DNA of 64,000 nt from an uncultured Clostridia bacterium (GCA_947426455.1 CANEEC010000002.1:15430-79429), one strand, 5' to 3'. Shown: positions 9,495 through 21,208, counted from the stretch's first letter. Numbers and translations are program-made. The notes: generated by a model not told the origin, from the letters alone.

Positions 9495-9650
9495 CATAAA
9501 AAAACCGCCTCGAACATTCCAGGCGGCTGATAGCGATGGTTATTTTTGCGCTCCCTCCGCCGGCATTACCCGGATCAGGTGTAAGGTGACTGTGGCTGCC
9601 ATTTGCCACATCTCAGCCGGACATGCGTCCAGCGCCCCTGCGAGTTTTCA
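9495..9650 (-). promoter_or_regulatory. TPP (THI-box) riboswitch with intrinsic terminator expression platform
   Basis: The minus strand reads ...GGGGCGCTGG..CCGGCTGAGATG...ACCTTACACCTGATCCGGGTAATGCCGGCGGAGGGAGCGC. These are the conserved CTGAGA and ACCTGATC.GG.TAATGCC.GCG.AGGGA elements. A CCGCC/GGCGG hairpin plus T7 follows at 9498..9529. Confidence 0.9.
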
Positions 9651-9783
9651 TTTGTTTACGTTGTCATCCTACCGCACTGAAACGAAAAAGTCAAGGACGG
9701 AATTGAAGGGAATTCCATTTCGTGCTATGATTACACTATCGTAAAAGGTTATTTTTAAGCTGTTGGAACAGGAGACGTCCACT

Positions 9784-10689
9784 ATGAAACAATACAACAC
9801 AGCAACCTCTGTCCGTGCCGCGCTGCAGGCTCACCTTTTCGCCGCTCAGGATTCGGCCTACGGCGACTTCCACAGCGGTCTGGTGCCCAATGTGCCGCGG
9901 AACCGCATCATCGGCGTGCGGATGCCCCGGATGCGCCAAATCGCAAAGACCTTAGCCTCCGGCAAGCTGACCGGCGACAAAACCGATTCCGCCGCCCCGC
10001 CCCTTCGCTGGCAAGACTATTTCGACCAGGTGGAAACCGCCTGGCTGCGCCAGGCTCCCGACGGCGCAGCTGCGCCCGGTTCCGCCGTGACCGATTCTGC
10101 CGCTGGCCATGTGGTTTACGATACAGTTTCCACCGCCACCGACGGCATCATGGAAGAACAGCCGCTGTACTATGAGGAAATTCTCATCGCCGGGCTGGCG
10201 CTGTCCTACGCTAAATTGCCCCTGGATGAGCGATTTGCCTGGATTGCCCGCTTCGTACCTCTCATGGATAACTGGGCGGTCTGCGACACCTTCTGCGGCA
10301 CATGGAAGCCGAAAGAAGCCGAGCTGCCCCTTCTCTGGAACTTTCTGAAAAGCCGCTATCTGACGGAGCTTCACGGCTCTGCCAAGGAATACGATCTGCG
10401 CTACGGCGTGGTCATGCTTCTCAGCTACTTCGTCATGCGGGAGGATTACATCGACTGGGTGCTTTCCATCTGCAATGAAATCGACCATCCGGCCTACTAT
10501 GTGAAAATGGCCGTGGCCTGGGCGCTGTCCTACGCCTTTATCTTCTTCCCGGAAAAGACCATAGCTCTGTTTCAGTCGCCCGACAACAAGCTGGACGATT
10601 TCACCTACAACAAATCCATTCAAAAGGCCTGTGAATCCTTCCGCGTACCGAAGGAGACCAAGGATTTTCTACGTTCGATGAGGCGTTAA
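9784..10689 (+). CDS. DNA alkylation repair protein (AlkD-like HEAT-repeat family)
   Basis: MPRMRQIAK..., ...LMDNWAVCDTFCG..., and YYVKMAVAWALSY are typical of the DNA_alkylation family. The ATG at 9784 has a CAGGAGA RBS. The protein contains an A/P/S-rich insertion. Confidence 0.65.
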   Translation: MKQYNTATSVRAALQAHLFAAQDSAYGDFHSGLVPNVPRNRIIGVRMPRMRQIAKTLASGKLTGDKTDSAAPPLRWQDYFDQVETAWLRQAPDGAAAPGSAVTDSAAGHVVYDTVSTATDGIMEEQPLYYEEILIAGLALSYAKLPLDERFAWIARFVPLMDNWAVCDTFCGTWKPKEAELPLLWNFLKSRYLTELHGSAKEYDLRYGVVMLLSYFVMREDYIDWVLSICNEIDHPAYYVKMAVAWALSYAFIFFPEKTIALFQSPDNKLDDFTYNKSIQKACESFRVPKETKDFLRSMRR

Positions 10690-10735
10690 CTCCGCACGTA
10701 CCCCGTTTTAACCGCCGGTTCACTTTCCCGCCAGG

Positions 10736-11263
10736 TCACTCAATCCGCCGAATCGGACCGCAGGCAATCATGGGGCCGGAGTTTCCCGAAGGTTGCGTTT
10801 TAAAGTCATCGGGGCCACCGTGGATGATCACCACTTTGCCCAGCACCTCCTCCACACCAAACCGGGAGGTCAGCACCGCGCCAAAGGCATATCCCCCGTT
10901 GGAAAACAGCGGAGGAAGGTCGCCCGCATGATACGGATGGGGACAGCCGTAGGGATTGTAATGGCCTCCCGCGTTAGGAAAAGCACCGGTAGGCGCCGGC
11001 GTTTTGTCTCCTTCATAAGTAGAGCTGCAGCTTTCGCCCTCGTGAATGTGCATGGCAAAAATGGAGCTGCCGCAATCCTCCTCGTTCACCGGCAGACCGC
11101 CGATGGACCAGATCAGCAAAGCGCCCATTTCCGTCTGATAAAAATAGACCAGACCGTTGACATCCTCTTCTGCAGATGATCCCTGAACTTCTGCCACCGC
11201 CTGGGGATTGGTCTTCGTGATCCAATCGTAAAGCTCCGTAAACTGTCCCTGTGAATCGAACAT
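10736..11263 (-). CDS. Cu/Zn superoxide dismutase family protein (SodC-like), no signal peptide
   Basis: Metal-ligand pattern: AMHIHEG, GGHYNP, HPYHAGDLP, VIIHGGPDD. The N-terminus MFDSQGQFTELYDW is not signal-like. Confidence 0.75.
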   Translation of the reverse strand: MFDSQGQFTELYDWITKTNPQAVAEVQGSSAEEDVNGLVYFYQTEMGALLIWSIGGLPVNEEDCGSSIFAMHIHEGESCSSTYEGDKTPAPTGAFPNAGGHYNPYGCPHPYHAGDLPPLFSNGGYAFGAVLTSRFGVEEVLGKVVIIHGGPDDFKTQPSGNSGPMIACGPIRRIE

Positions 11264-11319
11264 AATACATCACCTCCTGCCTTCATTGTATGAGGGGCAG
11301 GAGGTTTGTATGCAGGGCG

Positions 11320-11353
11320 AAAAAAGCCGCAGGGAAACTCCCCTGCGGCTTTG
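11320..11353 (-). terminator. terminator after atpC (bidirectional hairpin)
   Basis: AGCCGCAGGG (11325..11334) pairs with CCCTGCGGCT (11341..11350), with T6 on the minus reading. Confidence 0.8.
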
Positions 11354-11371
11354 CAAGTGTTACAAATCAAT

Positions 11372-11791
11372 CTATCGTTTCTGTTGGGAAAGAGAGGCTA
11401 TGGACAGACGAATTTCCGCTCGCTGCAGCCGCGCCGTCTCGTGGGCGCGTTCCTCCTCTGAAAGTTCCGGCTTTGAGAGCTGATGCTCCGCCAGGCGTTT
11501 CGCCTCCTGAGCGCGAGCGATATCGATTTCTGCTGCCCATTCCCAAGTGGTGGGCAAAAGACGGCACTCTCCTTCATGCATGCTGATCATGCCGCCGATG
11601 CAGACGCCCGTCCGCGTCGTACCGTCCTCCATGGTAATGCGAGCCTGCCCCATGCCGATAGCCGTGCAGTAATTGCAGTGACCGGCCATGATTGCCACGT
11701 CGCCTTCGATGGTGCGGCAGATCAGCTGCTGCACGGAAGCATCCAGAACCTGACCGTCCACCGTCTGTATGATTAAGCGAAACGTATTCAT
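11372..11791 (-). CDS. atpC: F1 ATP synthase subunit epsilon
   Basis: 139 aa, the last gene of the atp operon. It has a typical N-terminal beta-sandwich and C-terminal helices (AQEAKRLAEHQL). Confidence 0.9.
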   Translation of the reverse strand: MNTFRLIIQTVDGQVLDASVQQLICRTIEGDVAIMAGHCNYCTAIGMGQARITMEDGTTRTGVCIGGMISMHEGECRLLPTTWEWAAEIDIARAQEAKRLAEHQLSKPELSEEERAHETARLQRAEIRLSIASLSQQKR

Positions 11792-11794
11792 ACC

Positions 11795-14096
<2,302 letters not shown>

Positions 14097-14114
14097 GCGC
14101 ATTTCCTCCTTGCT

Positions 14115-15638
14115 CTATAGTCTCGTTTTCACAAATTCTTCCGTATATGCGGTAAGCGCCCGCTTCAAGGCTTCTTCGCTTTCGCCCTCTAAATTTCCGG
14201 TCTCGCGGATGGCCTTCATGGCCAAAGCGCCGTCCGCCGTGGAATCCAGCGATTCGAACAGACCCTTTTCGTATTCGCGAATGTAGGCGATCTCTACCTT
14301 TTCCAGATAGCCGTTGACGACAGCGTACAGGATAGCCACCTGCTTTTCCACATCCAGCTGGGCATTGCGATCCTGTTTCAAAACCTCTACAATGCGATTT
14401 CCCTGGGCCAGACGCGCCTTGGTATCCGCATCCAGGTCAGAGCCGAACTGAGCGAAGGCCTGAAGCTCTCGGTACTGGCTGTAAACCAGCTTCAACGTAC
14501 CGGCGACCTTCTTCATGGCCTTGATCTGCGCATTTCCGCCCACACGGGATACGGAAATGCCGGGGTTTACCGCCGGCATAATGCCGGAGTGGAACATCTC
14601 TGTCTCCAGGAAGATCTGTCCATCCGTAATGGAAATCACGTTGGTGGGGATGTAAGCCGAAACGTCTCCCGCCTGAGTCTCGATGATGGGAAGCGCCGTC
14701 AGAGAGCCGCCGCCCTTCTCATCGCTCATCTTCGCAGCCCGCTCAAGCAGGCGGCTGTGCAGATAGAACACGTCGCCGGGATAAGCCTCGCGTCCGGGAG
14801 GACGGCGAATCAGAAGCGACAGGGCGCGGTATGCCACGGCGTGCTTGGAAAGATCGTCGTAGATGATCAGGACGTGCTTTCCCTGTGCCATGAAATATTC
14901 ACCCATAGCACAACCCGCATAGGGCGCGATGTACTGCAGGGGACTCAACTCGCTTGCGGTGGCCGCCACCACCGTAGTATAGGCCATAGCGCCGCCCCGG
15001 GACAGGGTTTCCACCAGATTGGCTACGGTGGAACGCTTCTGACCGATGGCCACGTAGATACAGATGACATCCTTTCCCTTCTGGTTGAGAATGGTATCGG
15101 TGGCGATGGACGTCTTTCCCGTCTGACGGTCGCCGATGATCAGCTCACGCTGGCCGCGGCCGATGGGAATCATGGAGTCGATGGCCTTAATACCGGTCTG
15201 TAATGGCTCGCGTACCGGCTGCCGGTCGATGATGCCCGGCGCAGGACTTTCCACCGGACGGAATTCTTTCGCATCGATGGGACCTTCGCCGTCGATGGGC
15301 TGACCCAGCGCATTGACTACGCGGCCGATCATCGCTTCGCCTACCGGAACAGAGACTACCTTGCCGGTGCGCTTGATGACGCTGCCTTCGTCGATGCCCG
15401 CATCGCTGCCCAAAAGTACGATGGACACGCTGTTTTCTTCCAGATTCTGCGCCATGCCGTATTCGCCGTTGGCAAACTGCAGCAGTTCACCTGCCATGCA
15501 CTTTTCCAGGCCGCTGGCACGTGCGATTCCGTCGCCTACCATGATTACCGTTCCGGTCTCATCCTGCTGAATCGCATTTTCATAATGTTTAATCTGACTT
15601 CGGATGATCTTTGAAATTTCTTCCGGTTTCAGTTGCAT
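14115..15638 (-). CDS. atpA: F1 ATP synthase subunit alpha
   Basis: 507 aa, with GDRQTGKT Walker A and very high family similarity. Confidence 0.97.
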   Translation of the reverse strand: MQLKPEEISKIIRSQIKHYENAIQQDETGTVIMVGDGIARASGLEKCMAGELLQFANGEYGMAQNLEENSVSIVLLGSDAGIDEGSVIKRTGKVVSVPVGEAMIGRVVNALGQPIDGEGPIDAKEFRPVESPAPGIIDRQPVREPLQTGIKAIDSMIPIGRGQRELIIGDRQTGKTSIATDTILNQKGKDVICIYVAIGQKRSTVANLVETLSRGGAMAYTTVVAATASELSPLQYIAPYAGCAMGEYFMAQGKHVLIIYDDLSKHAVAYRALSLLIRRPPGREAYPGDVFYLHSRLLERAAKMSDEKGGGSLTALPIIETQAGDVSAYIPTNVISITDGQIFLETEMFHSGIMPAVNPGISVSRVGGNAQIKAMKKVAGTLKLVYSQYRELQAFAQFGSDLDADTKARLAQGNRIVEVLKQDRNAQLDVEKQVAILYAVVNGYLEKVEIAYIREYEKGLFESLDSTADGALAMKAIRETGNLEGESEEALKRALTAYTEEFVKTRL

Positions 15639-15651
15639 GATATCACCTCAT

Positions 15652-16191
15652 CTATAATACAATTTCCGCGATTTCTTTCTTCAGCGCCGCCATTCGGTTT
15701 TCCACCGTGCCGTCCAGCCGCGTTCCTTCCATGTCCAGACGGATGCCGCCCAAAACCGCGGGGTCCACCTTACATTCCAGACAGATCTTCTGGCCGGTGA
15801 TGGTTTCCAGACGCTTTTGCAGCGCCGCCTTCTGCGCATCGCTCAGAGAGATTGCCGCCGTAGCCGTCGCTTCGATGATGCCGTTATCGCTGTTATAGCG
15901 ATTGCGCACCTGTCGGGCACAGCCGGAAAGCTCTGACAGCGTTCCGTTTTCGCAGAGGATCTTCAGAAAGTTCAGCAGATAACCTTCCACCTGATCGCGA
16001 AAGGCTTCGTCGATCAAACTGCACCGCTCCGCTTTGGGAATCGACGGCATGGACAGAAGCCGCAGATAGTCCGGATTCTGGTGCAGCAATTCCTTCACCG
16101 CATCGATCTGTTCTAAAATGACAGCTTCTTTCTTCTCTTCTGCGGCCAATTCGTACAGACTGTCTCCGTACAGCTTCGCTACCGGCGTCAT
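15652..16191 (-). CDS. atpH: F1 ATP synthase subunit delta (OSCP)
   Basis: 179 aa. Called from its position between the b and alpha subunits and the YGDSLYELA N-terminus. Confidence 0.85.
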   Translation of the reverse strand: MTPVAKLYGDSLYELAAEEKKEAVILEQIDAVKELLHQNPDYLRLLSMPSIPKAERCSLIDEAFRDQVEGYLLNFLKILCENGTLSELSGCARQVRNRYNSDNGIIEATATAAISLSDAQKAALQKRLETITGQKICLECKVDPAVLGGIRLDMEGTRLDGTVENRMAALKKEIAEIVL

Positions 16192-16688
16192 GACGCCTCA
16201 CCCACATTCTTGATAAACTCGTTGATCAGCGCTTCGTGATCCTGGGCGTCGATCTCCCTTTCCACTACCTTCGATGCGATTTCCATAGCGATGCTGCCGA
16301 TCTCGTCCTTCACCTCGTTGACGGCCTTCTTGCGTTCCAGCGCAATGTCCTGTTCCGCCTTCTGCTTCATCTCCGCCACCTGCTCCTGCGCTTCGTGGAG
16401 CATCTCTTCACTGCGGGAGGTAGCCGTCTTCTGCGCCTTCGCCACGATCTGATCCGCTTCTTCTCTGGCCTTCGCCATGTTTTCTTCGTATTCAGATTTG
16501 ATGGCCAGCGCCTCCTCTTTGGCCTGCGCCGCTTCAGTCAGCTGAGCCTCCGCCAGCGCCTTGCGCTTGGCCACGATCTCCTGCACCGGCTTCCACAGAA
16601 AGCGTTTGAAAATAAACATGGTCAGAGCCAGGTTGCACAGCGTGAAAATCACAGTCCACGGCGCAATACCTACCAATTCCTGAAACAT
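16188..16688 (-). CDS. atpF: Fo ATP synthase subunit b
   Basis: 166 aa, with a single N-terminal TM segment followed by a long charged coiled coil. Confidence 0.88.
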   Translation of the reverse strand: MFQELVGIAPWTVIFTLCNLALTMFIFKRFLWKPVQEIVAKRKALAEAQLTEAAQAKEEALAIKSEYEENMAKAREEADQIVAKAQKTATSRSEEMLHEAQEQVAEMKQKAEQDIALERKKAVNEVKDEIGSIAMEIASKVVEREIDAQDHEALINEFIKNVGEAS

Positions 16689-16700
16689 GCGTTTTTCCTC

Positions 16701-16991
<291 letters not shown>

Positions 16992-17005
16992 CTATAAAAT
17001 TTACT

Positions 17006-17755
17006 TTATTCTTCCGCTGCATTTCCGATGTACATGGTGGTCAGCATACAGAAGATAAATGCCTGCATGAAACTGGAGAACCAGTCAAAATATAACGACG
17101 TGATGGCCGGAACGCCGAAATCCAGAAGCGGTATCTGGGAGAGCAGATCGCCCAGAAGTCCCGGCAGCAAGCGGAACAGCGCCGCACTGGCAACCGCTAA
17201 CGCGGCATAGATCAGCGTACTGATAACATATCCCGACAGGATATTTCCAAAGTGACGGCAAGCCATGCTGATGGGGGTTGCGATTTCCGACAACACGTTA
17301 AAGGGCGTCAGCAGCGCAATGGGCTGCGTGTATCCCTTCAGATAGCCGCCAAAGCCGTTGGTCTTGATCTTCTGACGGGTGATCAAAACGAACACCACCG
17401 CCGCCCAGGCCGCTTCCGTGGACAGATCCGCCGTAGGACTTCGCAGTCCTGTCAAGCTGATCAGATTGCTGATCAGGCTGGTGGAAAACAGCGCGAACAC
17501 CAGCGGAATATATCCGTCAAACTTATCTCCGCCCATATTGTTGCGAACGAAATTTTCAATGGTCTCTACGATCCATTCTGCCACCACCTGCCTCTTGGAC
17601 AGATTGGTGATGGTCAGGTTCTTTCCTAACCAGATGCACAATCCCGAAATCACCGCCAGTACCAGCCAGCTGACCGCAATGGTCTCCGTGATGGGAATCC
17701 CGCCCCCAAGAGGAATTTCAAACAGTATCTTAGGGCCGGTCAACGTAATATCCAT
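17006..17755 (-). CDS. atpB: Fo ATP synthase subunit a
   Basis: 249 aa, polytopic. It carries the conserved R in ...ACRHFGNILSG... Confidence 0.9.
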   Translation of the reverse strand: MDITLTGPKILFEIPLGGGIPITETIAVSWLVLAVISGLCIWLGKNLTITNLSKRQVVAEWIVETIENFVRNNMGGDKFDGYIPLVFALFSTSLISNLISLTGLRSPTADLSTEAAWAAVVFVLITRQKIKTNGFGGYLKGYTQPIALLTPFNVLSEIATPISMACRHFGNILSGYVISTLIYAALAVASAALFRLLPGLLGDLLSQIPLLDFGVPAITSLYFDWFSSFMQAFIFCMLTTMYIGNAAEE

Positions 17756-17758
17756 GGA

Positions 17759-18187
17759 TCAGACTTCACCTCCTTTTTGTTTCGGATGATAGCGCCCCGT
17801 AACCTGCAAAAAGAAAATCGTCACCCGGGGAAACAGCAGCGGAACGATTCCCGCGATCAAATCAAAGCAGGGAAGCAATGCCGCCGCGGCCACCCACGCC
17901 GCCTGAAGCAGCATGCGCCGGGAATAGCTAACCTTCATCCGCTGCTTTGCCTGCGCCGGATCGGGATCGTCGGCAATCTTCTGCACCGTAACCGCAAGTC
18001 CCAGGAAATTTCCTATGGCAACCGCCGCCCCGGCGGCTCCCGCCAAAACCACCTGATATCCGAAAGGCACCATCGCCGGAAACGCCAGATGCCCCAGCGC
18101 AAAAGCCAGATACAGCAGAATCGTTCCGAGAATCGTTCCCTTGGCGATGCGCACCACTTCCAGCTTTACCGTTTCTTCCATCTGCAA
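17759..18187 (-). CDS. atpI: ATP synthase subunit I-like membrane protein
   Basis: A small hydrophobic protein immediately upstream of atpB. The start is uncertain: TTG at 18187 or ATG at 18181. The longer track ORF would overlap the atpZ-like gene. Confidence 0.6.
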   Translation of the reverse strand: MQMEETVKLEVVRIAKGTILGTILLYLAFALGHLAFPAMVPFGYQVVLAGAAGAAVAIGNFLGLAVTVQKIADDPDPAQAKQRMKVSYSRRMLLQAAWVAAAALLPCFDLIAGIVPLLFPRVTIFFLQVTGRYHPKQKGGEV

Positions 18188-18203
18188 ACGAACCCCTCCT
18201 TCA

Positions 18204-18458
18204 TTAACTGTGACGATTGGATGCGGTGGGCGGTTCGTCTTTCTTTCCACGCCGCATGCTCATGCGATAAAACTCTCTGGCCGTAACGCCTCCGCCGCCC
18301 AGTCCCAAAACCACTGCCACAATGAAGAGCCAGGGTGGAAGCTGAAAGCGGTTCACTGCCCACCAGCAGACCAAAAGGCAAAGCAGCAGCGGCATGATCA
18401 GGCTCAAACCCAGCTGACCTACCCAACAGAGATCTTTCATCATCTGATACAATTTCAT
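18204..18458 (-). CDS. AtpZ/AtpI family small membrane protein
   Basis: 84 aa with two TM segments (GQLGLSLIMPLLLCLLVCWW..., WLFIVAVVLGLGGG). It is the first gene of the atp operon. Confidence 0.6.
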   Translation of the reverse strand: MKLYQMMKDLCWVGQLGLSLIMPLLLCLLVCWWAVNRFQLPPWLFIVAVVLGLGGGGVTAREFYRMSMRRGKKDEPPTASNRHS

Positions 18459-18530
18459 AATCGCATTTTCCCTGTGTTTGTTTATTTCTTCTATTCATTC
18501 CCTTTTTTCGACACGCTTAAACGCTCTTGC

Positions 18531-18564
18531 AAAAAAACTGTTACAAACTTCCGTTTGCAACAGT
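18531..18564 (-). terminator. terminator after the glyoxalase gene
   Basis: The minus strand reads ACTGTTGCAAAC-GGAA-GTTTGTAACAGT followed by T7. Confidence 0.75.
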
Positions 18565-18574
18565 CATATAAACA

Positions 18575-18937
18575 TCATCTCTGCGGAATGATTTCAATCC
18601 AATAGCCATCGGGATCGTTGATGAAATACAGTCCCATAGCGTCGTTTTCAAAACAGATAGCGCCCATCTCCTGATGCAGCCGGTGCGCCGCCTCAAAATC
18701 ATCCACATGAAAAGCCATGTGAAATTCATTTTCACCCAAATTGTAGGGTTCTTTACGACCCTCCAGACATGTCAGCTCGATTTCATGGATTCCGGCTTCG
18801 TCGGTGAGAAAGGCCAGGGTAAACCCCTCGCCCTCCTTGCGGCGAACTTCTCGCATTCCCAGCGCCTTTTTATAAAAAGTCAGAGATTTATCCAAATCCA
18901 ATACATTGATATTATTATGCACATATTTGAATTTCAT
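18575..18937 (-). CDS. VOC family protein / lactoylglutathione lyase-like (glyoxalase I)
   Basis: 120 aa. HNNINVLDLDKSLTFYKKALGM...HEIELT...HMAFHVDD...PDGYWIEI matches the family. Confidence 0.8.
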   Translation of the reverse strand: MKFKYVHNNINVLDLDKSLTFYKKALGMREVRRKEGEGFTLAFLTDEAGIHEIELTCLEGRKEPYNLGENEFHMAFHVDDFEAAHRLHQEMGAICFENDAMGLYFINDPDGYWIEIIPQR

Positions 18938-18955
18938 AGCACAATCCCCGCCCCT

Positions 18956-20056
18956 TTATTTTAATTCCGGCATCAGAGCATAGAACAACTCCAGTCTCTG
19001 CTGAATGGTATCCAACTCCGTGTATTCCTTTTGATTGTGGCTGTTTCCTCCCACGGGGCCGCAGCCGCACAGTGTGGGAACGCCCAGCGCTGCGATATGA
19101 TTGGCATCGGATACGCCGCCGGTAGCAACCCATTCAATGGTCTGACCCAATTCTGCAGCCTTGGCGTTGGTCTTAGCGATCAACTCTTCCGTAGCCTTGG
19201 AAGGATTCATGGGTCCGAAGATTCCCTGATATTCCACATCCACCGTCACGTTGGGAACGAAGGGAGTCTTAGCCAATTCCGCCACCCGCTTCTGCACCTT
19301 TTCCATCTCCTCCATCCGTTCAAAGCGCAGATCCACTATGCACTCCGCATAGTCGGGAACCACGTTGGCAGCCGTTCCGCCCTTGACCAGACCCACGTTA
19401 ACGGAAGTTCCGATGGACAGATCCTGAAGTTTGTTCAGCTCCACGATCCACTGCGCCATCTCCGTTACGGCGCTGGCGCCCTTCTCGGGAGCGACGCCGG
19501 CATGGGAAGCCACACCGTGGAACTTTAAGATCAGGTCGATATTTCCCTTGCGCTTCTTCACCATGGCGCCGCCGTCTCTGCCTGGTTCAAAGACAAAGGC
19601 GTAGCGGGACTGCTTGCCCAGCTGGATCATCCAATCTCTGGTAGCCAGAGAACCGATTTCCTCTTCACCGTTAAAGGCCAGGCAAATGCGAAGCTCAGGA
19701 TCGTCCGCCTTCAGCCGTTCCGCCAAAGTGGTCATAGTCAAAAGACCTGCTTTCATATCGGATACGCCGGGGCCGAAGGCCAGGTTGCCTTCTTCGCGAT
19801 AGGGGTGCTCTACCGCCGTACCCTTGGGGAACACCGTATCCATATGACCTAACATCAAAATGTCGATGGGGCCGTCCTCATGGGTGCGAACCTCCAGCGC
19901 CAGAGTATCCGGATCGCGTCTGGTGTAAAAACCCGCGGCCTTGCACTTTTTTTCGAAGAAATCGCCTACCGCGGCCACGCCTTCTCTGTCAAAGCTGCCG
20001 CTGTCGATGTTGACGATAGTCTCCAAATCCTTGCGTAATTGTTCTATCTTCCACAT
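18956..20056 (-). CDS. M20 family metallopeptidase (carboxypeptidase G2-like)
   Basis: 366 aa. Motifs: LMLGHMDTVFP, GPGVSDMKAG, NGEEEIGS. Confidence 0.85.
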   Translation of the reverse strand: MWKIEQLRKDLETIVNIDSGSFDREGVAAVGDFFEKKCKAAGFYTRRDPDTLALEVRTHEDGPIDILMLGHMDTVFPKGTAVEHPYREEGNLAFGPGVSDMKAGLLTMTTLAERLKADDPELRICLAFNGEEEIGSLATRDWMIQLGKQSRYAFVFEPGRDGGAMVKKRKGNIDLILKFHGVASHAGVAPEKGASAVTEMAQWIVELNKLQDLSIGTSVNVGLVKGGTAANVVPDYAECIVDLRFERMEEMEKVQKRVAELAKTPFVPNVTVDVEYQGIFGPMNPSKATEELIAKTNAKAAELGQTIEWVATGGVSDANHIAALGVPTLCGCGPVGGNSHNQKEYTELDTIQQRLELFYALMPELK

Positions 20057-20128
20057 AGCTTTCTCCTTAGATATTTTGGATTTGGATTTATTTTAGCACT
20101 AATTTCTTCTCAACACAATGATCAGACG

Positions 20129-20270
20129 TAAAAAAATAACGCCCAAGTCAAGGCGTTCCTTTCTCATACACATTCGTTCGCTTTGTAGGTACAAATCCGG
20201 TGACCGGCATTTTACATCCGATCACCATCCATGTACCTAATGTTAGACTTTGGTGACGCAAACGTAATAC
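20129..20270 (-). ncRNA. candidate structured leader RNA or sRNA, about 140 nt, ending in an intrinsic terminator
   Basis: It lies downstream of the promoter at 20276..20304. Nested helices: CGTTTGC/GCGAACG enclosing AGGTACA/TGTACCT enclosing GGTGATCGG/CCGGTCACC. Next comes AACGCC-loop-GGCGTT plus T7 (20129..20156). The M20 peptidase RBS is about 70 nt further downstream. Confidence 0.4.
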
Positions 20271-20275
20271 ATGTA

Positions 20276-20304
20276 TATTATATTTCATTATTGCCCTTAT
20301 GTAA
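20276..20304 (-). promoter_or_regulatory. near-consensus sigma-A promoter (minus strand)
   Basis: TTTACA, a 17-nt spacer, then TATAAT, read on the minus strand. Confidence 0.55.
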
Positions 20305-20397
20305 AGTCCCCAATCGAAAGAATGGTTAAATCTTTTTATTTTTTCGTTATTCCGGCAGTTCCCTGTGTATAAATTTTTTCCCCGCCACATTCCCTAC

Positions 20398-20426
20398 TTG
20401 AAAAATGCACATGATAAAGCTACAAT
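20398..20426 (+). promoter_or_regulatory. sigma-A-like promoter of upp
   Basis: TTGAAA (20398..20403), a 17-nt spacer, then TACAAT (20421..20426), 32 nt upstream of the upp ATG. Confidence 0.55.
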
Positions 20427-20457
20427 AATAAAAAAGAGTCAAAGAAGGGAGTCATCT

Positions 20458-21099
20458 ATGTATAACGGAAATGAAAACATCATGATTTGCGACCATCCTC
20501 TGGTAAAGCACAAGATCACCATGCTCAGAAAGAAAACCACCGGAACCAACGAATTCCGCGCCATCGTAGAGGAAATTGCCATGCTCATCGGCTATGAGGC
20601 GCTGCGCGATCTGGAATTGGAAGACGTCGAAGTGGAGACTCCCATTGAAACCGCCATGTGTCCGGTCATCGCCGGAAAAAAACAGGCCATCATTCCCATT
20701 CTGAGAGCGGGTCTTGGCATGGTGGGCGGTCTCTTAAAGCTGATGCCCACCGCAAAAGTAGGACACATCGGCCTGTATCGCGACGAAGAAACCTTCGAAC
20801 CTCACGAATATTACTGCAAACTGCCGACCAATATCGGCCAGCGTAAAATCTTCGTGGTAGACCCCATGCTGGCAACCGGCGGTTCCGCCATCGCCGCCGT
20901 GAATTTCATCAAGCAGCGCGGCGGAAAGAACATCACCTTCCTCTGCGTCATCGCAGCGCCCCAAGGCTTAGAAAAACTGGCGGAAGCTCATCCGGACATC
21001 AAGATTTTCGCGGGAAATCTGGATCGGGAGCTGAATGAAAAAGCCTACATCTGCCCCGGTTTAGGTGACGCCGGTGATCGAATCTTCGGCACAAAATAA
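20458..21099 (+). CDS. upp: uracil phosphoribosyltransferase
   Basis: [15 protein letters not shown]..., ILRAGLGM, and [11 protein letters not shown] (PRPP-binding) match the family. The ATG at 20458 is preceded by AGAAGGGAG. Confidence 0.95.
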   Translation: MYNGNENIMICDHPLVKHKITMLRKKTTGTNEFRAIVEEIAMLIGYEALRDLELEDVEVETPIETAMCPVIAGKKQAIIPILRAGLGMVGGLLKLMPTAKVGHIGLYRDEETFEPHEYYCKLPTNIGQRKIFVVDPMLATGGSAIAAVNFIKQRGGKNITFLCVIAAPQGLEKLAEAHPDIKIFAGNLDRELNEKAYICPGLGDAGDRIFGTK

Positions 21100-21118
21100 A
21101 CAATACGATAAAAGGAAA

Positions 21119-21167
21119 CCCCTGCGCAGACCGCCGGATGGAATTCGGCGGCGCGCAGGGGTTTTTT
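21119..21167 (+). terminator. terminator between upp and the convergent permease gene
   Basis: CCCCTGCGC...GCGCAGGGG followed by TTTTTT. Confidence 0.8.
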
Positions 21168-21208
21168 GCTGCCAAGTGCTTTTATAGGGCCTTTTATATT
21201 ATCAGTCG

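Noticed and set aside
20148-20390. An 80-aa minus-strand ORF in the upp / M20-peptidase intergenic region.
   Set aside because: It has no RBS and an odd composition ([17 protein letters not shown]...). It spans the predicted promoter and the structured RNA, so it is better explained as a non-coding leader or sRNA.
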